A stretch of 6,463 bases of DNA from a virus, in the UHGV virus genome UHGV-0211926; one strand, 5' to 3'. Within the stretch, counting starts at the first letter, position 1, and each line of letters begins with the position of its first letter. Below are positions 1-6,391 of this stretch, one piece after another. A model generated the notes under the pieces. It saw only the letters and a list, made by a program, of their open reading frames with translations, searched no databases and had not been told where the DNA came from. Both the position numbers and the translations under genes were made by a program.

Positions 1-18
1 ATCAAAAAGACAAAGAAT

Positions 19-294
19 ATGAAAACAAACAAACTATTTCGGACCCAGCTCACAGAGGCTAATGTTATTTATTCGGTGTTTAAAACCTGTAATGTTTTTA
101 TGCTACTTTTGGACTATGAATTCATTCCGCTCTACGACTTTAGTGGTAATAGTCGCCGTTCGACTTTAAACAGCCTTCGCAAGTATTATCCCGATAGTAA
201 GATTACTTTTTATCGTGAGTTTTCCTTTCATTCCGAACCCTCTCTGCCTCATCCTTATCCGGTGACTGCTCCCAGTTGTATATTGTTTTTCTAG
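19..294 (+). CDS. Hypothetical protein (91 aa), accessory gene
   Basis: ATG preceded by an A-rich leader without a Shine-Dalgarno (atcaaaaagacaaagaatATG), typical of Bacteroidetes. Lies downstream of the wrap-around promoter and is followed immediately by a hairpin. No recognisable motif. Confidence 0.6.
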   Translation: MKTNKLFRTQLTEANVIYSVFKTCNVFMLLLDYEFIPLYDFSGNSRRSTLNSLRKYYPDSKITFYREFSFHSEPSLPHPYPVTAPSCILFF

Positions 295-313
295 GGCTGT
301 TTTACAGCCCTTT
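293..313 (+). terminator. Stem-loop after ORF 19-294, possible weak intrinsic terminator
   Basis: AGGGCTGT(293-300)-TTT-ACAGCCCT(304-311), a perfect 8-bp stem overlapping the TAG stop; only a short T run follows. Confidence 0.4.
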
Positions 314-315
314 GA

Positions 316-621
316 CACTGTCCGAAGGACTCCATTAACGCAGTGAGAGCGCCGGACGAAGTCCGTGTCGCGGAATCGCGTAAACATCCTGACGCCCTTA
401 ATCAGGTTTGTTTACCTTTGCGGCGCTCTTCCCTTGCTCTGTGCTAACTACGGTCCATGCCGTCAACGAAGTTGACCCGTAAACACCCTTATGTCGTGTT
501 CAGTCAAATTATGAAATCCACACTTTTGCCCGAATGGGAATCAGGTTTCTCCATTCCCTGATTCAACCTCTTTATCCTAAATATGCAAAAGTGACACTGA
601 AATACCGATTTTAATGGATTT
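316..621 (+). other. Structured non-coding region: candidate single-strand/replication origin or structured ncRNA
   Basis: Many inverted repeats read directly: GTCC-GAA-GGAC (320-330), AGAGCGC/GCGCTCT (346-352/423-429), CGGAC-GAA-GTCCG (353-365), GTAAACA..CCTGA/TCAGG..TGTTTAC (380-415), GTCAAC-GAA-GTTGAC (462-476), CACTTTTGC/GCAAAAGTG (521-529/585-593), GAATCAGG/CCTGATTC (538-545/557-564). The function is inferred. Confidence 0.55.
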
Positions 622-653
622 GAAAAAAAATTGTGAAGAAAATATGAAAAGAT

Positions 654-685
654 TTTGATGTTTCAGAAAAATTTTTGAATATTTG
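654..685 (+). promoter_or_regulatory. Putative Bacteroidetes sigma-70-type promoter for the main operon
   Basis: TTTG (654-657), 20-nt spacer, AATATTTG (678-685; one mismatch to TAnnTTTG) followed by CA; 27 nt upstream of the ATG at 713. Confidence 0.6.
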
Positions 686-712
686 CATATCACAATTTTA
701 AAATAAACAGAT

Positions 713-907
713 ATGTTATTCAAAGTACTTAAACATCCGAAGACACAGGATCCTCAACGACCGATGGAACCTGAAATTTATGTAGTAGAGGAAGCAGAAT
801 TATTACACTTCCTGCATGAAAACGCAAAACCCGGCAGTAACTCTGTTTTGGTTTTTGACGTTTTCCCGGAAGAAAATCTTTATTTACTAAGTAACGATAA
901 GGATTAA
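713..907 (+). CDS. Hypothetical protein (64 aa, acidic C-terminal part)
   Basis: First ORF after the promoter, with an A-rich leader (aaaataaacagatATG); ends 12 nt before the VP4 start. No recognisable motif. Confidence 0.65.
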   Translation: MLFKVLKHPKTQDPQRPMEPEIYVVEEAELLHFLHENAKPGSNSVLVFDVFPEENLYLLSNDKD

Positions 908-919
908 ATTTTACAGGAC

Positions 920-2518
920 ATGAACCAACAGGAATTCATACAAAAAGTCTTTTCAATGTGTCAGCATCAGATACAGACTAAAAATCCATATACTGGTGAA
1001 TTGATTATGGTTCCTTGTGGAACATGTCCTGCTTGCCGTTTTAATAAATCAATCCTTTCTCAGAATAAAGTTCATGCGCAGTCTTTGGTTTCTCGTCATG
1101 TATATTTTATCACTCTTACTTATGCCCAGAGATACATTCCGTACTATGAATACGAAATCGAAGCTTTGGATGCTGATCTTCTTGCGATTACTGCTCATTG
1201 TCGTGATCGTAACCCTATGTATAGTACTTATACGTATCGTGGTGCCAAGCATAAGTTAAGGATTCGCGGTCTTGCATCGCCCAAGATAGACACGTTTTCC
1301 TTTTCGGTAAATCGTGATTATTGGACTTCTTATGTACGGAAGGCTGATCTTTCATACAATGGTAAATACCCTGAGTTTTTAGGTCGCATTCCCTACCTTT
1401 TACATGACGATGTAGCACTTTATATGAAGCGTGTGAGGAAATATATATCTAAATTAGGAATAAATGAAACAGTTCACACATACATTGTGGGAGAGTATGG
1501 ACCAGTCTCTTTCCGCCCACATTTCCATCTCTTATTATTCTTTGACTCCGACGAACTCGCCCAGAATATTGTCAGAATTGCAAATTCGTGTTGGAGATTT
1601 GGACGTGTCGATTGCTCTGCCTCGAGAGGCAACGCTGAAGACTACGTTAGCTCGTATCTTAATAGCTTTAGTTCTGTCCCCTTACATATTCAGGAAATTC
1701 GTGCTATTCGGCCTTTCGCAAGATTTTCAAATAAGTTCGGATACGCTTTTTTCGAGTCTTCGATTAAGAAAGCTCAATCGGGTAACTTCGATGAACTCCT
1801 TGATGGAAAGAGCTTGCCGTATAATGGCTTTAATACCACTATATTCCCATGGCGCTCGATTATCGATTCCTGCTTTTACAGACCCGCTTTACGTAGACAT
1901 AGCGATGTTCATGAACTTACAGAGATATTACGATATGCTAGAAACTTTAAACAAAGACCCGCGCTCCAGAAAGCGACCTTGTTCCAGTCTCCCGGAATAA
2001 TGTATGCATACTTACAGGACCTAGGACCTTCTGCTGCGGCTAAGTTTATAGAATCTGACTATCCTTTGCATCGTATTCTCTCCTTTCTTAAACTCGATTA
2101 TACGAAGATAATTCAAGGAGAACCGTCTGAGGTGCGAAGTTTTCATTCTCGGTTGTATATGTTTCTTCGGCAGTCTGAATCATTTCTTAACGGAATTGGT
2201 TATAATCTGCTGTCAACACGAGTAGAATATCTATTGATTAAAAGATCACTTGAAAACTCAATTAGATTTTACAATGAAAGAGAAAGAAAAAGTATCCAAA
2301 ATTTATTCCATGATTCTGAAGCTTTTGAGAGCGATTGGTCGGATATTTTTTGGGATCGAAGACAAGAAAAGATCAGACGATTCGTAGATTCGGATTATGG
2401 AAATCTTTGTCGTGATAAACTTCATGGCGAGATTCGAAAGCGTATAAAACATAGAGAAATTAATGATGCTGTAGGTATATTCACTAAACAATCTTATAGA
2501 AATCATGGCGAAATATAA
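920..2518 (+). CDS. VP4: Replication initiation protein (HUH rolling-circle endonuclease)
   Basis: N-terminal Cys cluster VPCGTCPAC, motif I YFITLTY (1103-1123), GEYG followed by motif II RPHFHLLLF (HUH at 1520-1528), and motif III YVSSY with two tyrosines (1643-1657); the typical microvirus VP4 layout. Confidence 0.95.
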   Translation: MNQQEFIQKVFSMCQHQIQTKNPYTGELIMVPCGTCPACRFNKSILSQNKVHAQSLVSRHVYFITLTYAQRYIPYYEYEIEALDADLLAITAHCRDRNPMYSTYTYRGAKHKLRIRGLASPKIDTFSFSVNRDYWTSYVRKADLSYNGKYPEFLGRIPYLLHDDVALYMKRVRKYISKLGINETVHTYIVGEYGPVSFRPHFHLLLFFDSDELAQNIVRIANSCWRFGRVDCSASRGNAEDYVSSYLNSFSSVPLHIQEIRAIRPFARFSNKFGYAFFESSIKKAQSGNFDELLDGKSLPYNGFNTTIFPWRSIIDSCFYRPALRRHSDVHELTEILRYARNFKQRPALQKATLFQSPGIMYAYLQDLGPSAAAKFIESDYPLHRILSFLKLDYTKIIQGEPSEVRSFHSRLYMFLRQSESFLNGIGYNLLSTRVEYLLIKRSLENSIRFYNERERKSIQNLFHDSEAFESDWSDIFWDRRQEKIRRFVDSDYGNLCRDKLHGEIRKRIKHREINDAVGIFTKQSYRNHGEI

Positions 2519-2759
2519 AGTATATATTTATCAACACAATGCTGATACTTTTATTGAGGATCAGTATTTTTTAGTAGCTACGACTTTTGTTAATGCGCGT
2601 GACGTTGTTGATTTGACTAAGAAACTGAATATATTAAATAAGGTTTTTGATTATGCTTTTGATCCTTTGTATTATACTGATTGTTATCTCGGAGACATCT
2701 TCCGAATGAATAGTTTACCATGCAGTGACAAACCAAAACAATTTAAAATTCCATTCTAA
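2505..2759 (+). CDS. Hypothetical protein (84 aa)
   Basis: Fills the gap between VP4 and VP1 exactly: overlaps the VP4 end by 14 nt, and its stop overlaps the VP1 start (TAATG, 2757-2761), suggesting translational coupling. Confidence 0.7.
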   Translation: MAKYKVYIYQHNADTFIEDQYFLVATTFVNARDVVDLTKKLNILNKVFDYAFDPLYYTDCYLGDIFRMNSLPCSDKPKQFKIPF

Positions 2760-4609
2760 TGAGCTTATTTAACATGCCAGCCGTGAAAAATCATCCCAGA
2801 CGTTCCGGTTTTGATTTATCTAATAGAGTATGTTTCACTAGCAAGGCTGGTGAACTGCTCCCTGTGTTCTGGGATATCGTGTACCCTGGTGATTCTTTCA
2901 AGATTAATACCCAGCTTTTTACTCGTACGCAGCCATTAAACACAGCTGCTTATACTCGTATTCGTGAATACTTGGATTTCTATTTTGTACCTCTTCGCTT
3001 GATTAACAAAAACCTTCCTACTGCCTTGGTTCAGATGCAGGATAACCCCGTCCAGGCTACCGGACTTTCAAGTAACAAAGTTGTAACTACAGAAATTCCT
3101 TGGACAGCTGTTAGTGGTTCTGGTTTTTCAAATTTAGGCGATATCAATATTCTTTATCAATCTTCTTCTAAGGATTTTTCCAATTTTCTAGGATTTAATT
3201 CGTTGACTCAGTCGGCGAAATTATTAATGTATCTTCGATATGGCAACTTCCTTCCGTCTAATGCTAATGTATCGAAGTCAACTAGTCTTGGTCTTTCACC
3301 TTCTTTGGATCTTCGTAATTCGGAATCAACTTCTACTGGTTGGACATCGGTTCATATTCTCCCTCTTGCTGCTTATCAAAAAGTTTATGCTGATTTTTTC
3401 CGTTTTACTCAGTGGGAAAAAAATCAACCCTACACTTACAATTTTGATTGGTATTCCGGAGGAAATGTTCTTGCATCTTTGACCTCTGCTGATCTTGCAG
3501 AGAAGTATTATTCTGATGATAACCTTTTCACTCTTCGCTATGCCAACTGGCCGAAAGATATGTTTATGGGAGTGATGCCTGATTCCCAACTCGGTGATGT
3601 AAGTATTGTAGATACTAGTGGTTCTGAAGGTACTTTCCCTGTTGGATTGTTCGATAAAACCTCTGGTGCTATTCGTGCTGGTTTGGTTGGTAAAGCTAGT
3701 ACTTCTCCTTCTGCTAATTCTCCTGTGGAAGTACTTACCACATCTGCTCTTACCGCTTCTACTACATATGGCATTTATGCACAACAAGCTGCTGGATTAG
3801 GTTCATCTTTCTCTATTCTTCAGCTTCGTATGGCAGAAGCCGTACAGAAATATCGTGAAGTATCTCAGTTTGCTGATCAGGATGCTCGTGGTCAGATTAT
3901 GGCGCATTTTGGTGTGTCTTTAAGTCCTGTTCTTTCAGATAAGTGTATGTATCTCGGAGGATCTAGTTCTAATATTGATCTTTCAGAAGTAGTTAATACT
4001 AATATTACTGGCGATAATATTGCTGAAATTGCTGGTAAAGGTGTTGGTACTGGTCAAGGTAGCTTTTCTGGTCAATTCGATGAGTATGGTATTATTATTG
4101 GTATTTATCATAACGTACCTCTCTTGGATTATGTGATTACTGGACAACCTCAAAATTTACTTTATACAAATACTGCCGACCTTCCGTTCCCAGAATTTGA
4201 TAATATCGGTATGCAAACTATTCAGTTTGGTCGTTTTGTGAATAGTCGTGATGTTGCATGGACTTCTGGTGTAGATTATCGTACCCAGACTATGGGATAT
4301 CTTCCTCGCTTTTTTGATGTAAAAACCCGCTATGACGAAGTTCTCGGCGCCTTCCGTTCTACTCTTAAAAATTGGGTAGCTCCTTTGAATCCTGGTGATC
4401 TTTCTAAGTGGTTATCAACTTCTGCAACTTCCTCTGGAAAGTTATCTTTAAATTTGAATTATGGTTTCTTTAAGGTAAATCCCTCTGTTTTAGATAGTAT
4501 TTTTAATGTTAAATGTGATTCCTCACTCGATACCGATCAGTTTTTAACTGCCCTGTATATGGATATTAAAGCTGTTCGTAATTTCGATTACGATGGAATG
4601 CCTTATTAA
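2759..4609 (+). CDS. VP1: Major capsid protein (microvirus F/VP1 family)
   Basis: N-terminus RSGFDLS...FTSKAGELLPV...PGDSF...RTQPL, internal LPLAAYQKVYADFFR and LRYANWPKDMFMG, GYLPRF, and C-terminal DTDQF...AVRNFDYDGMPY, all characteristic of Bacteroidetes-microvirus VP1; 616 aa. Confidence 0.96.
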   Translation: MSLFNMPAVKNHPRRSGFDLSNRVCFTSKAGELLPVFWDIVYPGDSFKINTQLFTRTQPLNTAAYTRIREYLDFYFVPLRLINKNLPTALVQMQDNPVQATGLSSNKVVTTEIPWTAVSGSGFSNLGDINILYQSSSKDFSNFLGFNSLTQSAKLLMYLRYGNFLPSNANVSKSTSLGLSPSLDLRNSESTSTGWTSVHILPLAAYQKVYADFFRFTQWEKNQPYTYNFDWYSGGNVLASLTSADLAEKYYSDDNLFTLRYANWPKDMFMGVMPDSQLGDVSIVDTSGSEGTFPVGLFDKTSGAIRAGLVGKASTSPSANSPVEVLTTSALTASTTYGIYAQQAAGLGSSFSILQLRMAEAVQKYREVSQFADQDARGQIMAHFGVSLSPVLSDKCMYLGGSSSNIDLSEVVNTNITGDNIAEIAGKGVGTGQGSFSGQFDEYGIIIGIYHNVPLLDYVITGQPQNLLYTNTADLPFPEFDNIGMQTIQFGRFVNSRDVAWTSGVDYRTQTMGYLPRFFDVKTRYDEVLGAFRSTLKNWVAPLNPGDLSKWLSTSATSSGKLSLNLNYGFFKVNPSVLDSIFNVKCDSSLDTDQFLTALYMDIKAVRNFDYDGMPY

Positions 4610-4620
4610 TTTTTATCACT

Positions 4621-5073
4621 ATGAGTAAAGAAAAAGAAAAAGATAAGACAATTGAAACTCCTGCGTTAGACGCTGCTAGAGTTTTAAAATCTGCGATTTA
4701 TTGTCAGGTTGGTCCTATTGAAAGACTCCGTTATGTAAAAGATGATGATGGAGTAATTCATTACGTTTCAGATGTTAACCTTCTTATGAATGCTGAACGT
4801 CTTCGTAACCAGATTGGTGAAGAATCATACTTGAATCTTATTCGAGGAATACAGCCTAAAAAATCTCCGTATGATAATAAATATACGGACGAACAACTGT
4901 TTACTGCAATTAAGTCCCGGTTTATACAAACTCCTTCCGAAGTTCTTGCTTGGCTTGAATCCCTTGGATCAGCAGGAGATTCTATTCGCTCTGAGCTTAA
5001 TGCGCTCGCGGAATCAATTCAATCCACTCAGCAGTCTGAGGCGACTGGTGATTCTGAAAAAGCTACTGAATAA
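4621..5073 (+). CDS. Conserved-position microvirus protein, putative internal scaffolding (VP3-like) (150 aa)
   Basis: Lies between VP1 and VP2, is of suitable size and largely helical/charged, contains TDEQLFTAIKSRFIQTPSEVLAW, and is coupled to VP2 by TAATG (5071-5075). The scaffolding role is inferred from synteny only. Confidence 0.6.
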   Translation: MSKEKEKDKTIETPALDAARVLKSAIYCQVGPIERLRYVKDDDGVIHYVSDVNLLMNAERLRNQIGEESYLNLIRGIQPKKSPYDNKYTDEQLFTAIKSRFIQTPSEVLAWLESLGSAGDSIRSELNALAESIQSTQQSEATGDSEKATE

Positions 5074-6332
5074 TGCCAATTGATCCCGGAACGGCCACCC
5101 TTGCTACCGGTGGTCTTTCCCTTGTATCTGGTTTATTCGGTTCCGGAATGTCCAATAAGTCTGTAAAGCGTTCCATTAAAGCCGCTAAAGAGATTAATCA
5201 GATCAATAACGAATTTAACGCTTCGGAAGCGTTGAAAAACCGTAATTTTCAGACCTCTGAACGCGAAGCCTCGCAACAATGGAATTTGGACCAATGGAAT
5301 CGTGAAAATGCATATAATGATCCGTCTGCACAACGTGCCCGTATGGAAGCTGCTGGTTTTAACCCCTATAACATGAATGTAGATACTGGCTCTGCTTCTA
5401 CGTCCGGTGCACAGTCGTCTCCCGGTTCTGGTTCTCAGGCTACTGCTTCTCAGACTCCTAGTCTTCCGGCTTATACTGGATATGCCTCTGATTTTCAGAG
5501 TGTAGCTTCTGGTATAGCACAGATAGGTAGTGCTGTTTCCAGTAGTATTGACTCTAGGTTAACAAGTGCTTATGGAGATGATTTGATGAAAGCTGACATT
5601 ATGTCGAAGATTGGAGGTAATTCTGAATGGCTTACTGATGTGTATAAGCTAGGCCGACAGAATGAAGCACCCAACTTGCTTGGAATTGACCTACGTAAAA
5701 AACGTTTGGAAAACCTTTCGACTGAGGCGGATATTAAAGTAGCCCTTGCTCAAGGTACTCTTCTTGGAATTCAAGCTAAAGGTCAGAGAATAATAAATAG
5801 ATTTATGCCCGCTCAGCAGCAGGCTGAATTTTTCTTGAAAACCGCTAATGCCTTTACTCAGTATAAGGCTGGCAAGCTTTCAGAAGCTCAGGTAAAAACC
5901 CAGATTAAACAGCAGGCTCTTCTCGAAGCTCAGACTGTTGGTCAGAAGATTAATAACAGGATAGCTGAAAGACTGGCTGATTATCAGTTTAAAGCCATGG
6001 CCGCTGAATATCGTGCTAATGCTGCTTATTACAATGGCTTCTATAATGATGCCTGGCAAGCTGGTATGTCCAGAGCTACTCAGGCTCGCTATGAATCTAA
6101 TGCTGCCCGTATTGCTGCTCAAATGTCCGAAATCTTTAAAGATCGTGAAAAATCGTCTTGGAAGAATAATTCAGTATATTACAATATAGAAGAACTTCTT
6201 AAAGGTATTCTCGGAAGTGTTGGTAGTATTGCTGGTCCACTTTATTTAGGTAATAAAATTGGATCAGTTAAAAAAGCCGGTAAAGCTGCCGGCGGCTGGA
6301 GCTTATCCACTCCTAATCCTTATTATTATTAA
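5073..6332 (+). CDS. VP2: DNA pilot protein / minor capsid protein (H/VP2 family)
   Basis: Gly-rich hydrophobic N-terminus (ATGGLSLVSGLFGSG), motif QWNRENAYNDPSAQRARMEAAGFNP, and long Ala/Gln/Lys-rich coiled-coil-like stretches; 419 aa. Confidence 0.9.
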   Translation: MPIDPGTATLATGGLSLVSGLFGSGMSNKSVKRSIKAAKEINQINNEFNASEALKNRNFQTSEREASQQWNLDQWNRENAYNDPSAQRARMEAAGFNPYNMNVDTGSASTSGAQSSPGSGSQATASQTPSLPAYTGYASDFQSVASGIAQIGSAVSSSIDSRLTSAYGDDLMKADIMSKIGGNSEWLTDVYKLGRQNEAPNLLGIDLRKKRLENLSTEADIKVALAQGTLLGIQAKGQRIINRFMPAQQQAEFFLKTANAFTQYKAGKLSEAQVKTQIKQQALLEAQTVGQKINNRIAERLADYQFKAMAAEYRANAAYYNGFYNDAWQAGMSRATQARYESNAARIAAQMSEIFKDREKSSWKNNSVYYNIEELLKGILGSVGSIAGPLYLGNKIGSVKKAGKAAGGWSLSTPNPYYY

Positions 6333-6337
6333 TCTCC

Positions 6338-6372
6338 AACCCCTTCCGGATTATATCCGGAAGGGGTTTTTT
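6338..6372 (+). terminator. Rho-independent terminator after VP2
   Basis: Perfect 14-bp inverted repeat AACCCCTTCCGGAT-TAT-ATCCGGAAGGGGTT (6338-6368) running into a T tract (6367-6372), 5 nt after the VP2 stop. Confidence 0.9.
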
Positions 6373-6391
6373 GAAAAAGCCCCTGTTCGAT

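Noticed and set aside
166..387. Minus-strand 73-aa ORF
   Set aside because: Antisense to ORF 19-294 and running through the hairpin region; microvirus genes are normally all on one strand; no motif.
345..430. tRNA or hammerhead ribozyme reading of the cloverleaf
   Set aside because: No TTCGA T-loop, D-loop or 7-nt anticodon loop geometry, and no CTGANGA...GAAA catalytic core (CTGACGC is present instead).
320..548. Mini CRISPR array
   Set aside because: Repeats are only 6-10 nt and irregularly spaced, with no repeat-spacer periodicity and no cas genes.
622..650. A-rich tract upstream of the main promoter
   Set aside because: Compatible with an UP-element-like or melting region, but too low in complexity to call as a distinct feature.
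1049..1418. Minus-strand ORFs 1049-1252 and 1215-1418
   Set aside because: Short antisense shadows of VP4 with no supporting expression signals or motifs.
2303..2506. Minus-strand 67-aa ORF
   Set aside because: Antisense to the VP4 C-terminus; no independent evidence.
3326..3787. Minus-strand ORFs 3326-3787 (153 aa) and 3538-3774 (78 aa)
   Set aside because: Antisense to VP1; the composition (Arg/Ser/Ile/Thr-rich in the longer one) is what the reverse complement of NNT-biased codons produces.
4871..5083. +1-frame 70-aa ORF overlapping the scaffolding-like gene
   Set aside because: Leu-rich composition is explained by codon bias; it has no continuous transmembrane-length segment and no clear initiation signal.
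5133..6122. Minus-strand ORFs 5133-5333 and 5880-6122
   Set aside because: Antisense shadows of VP2 without supporting signals.
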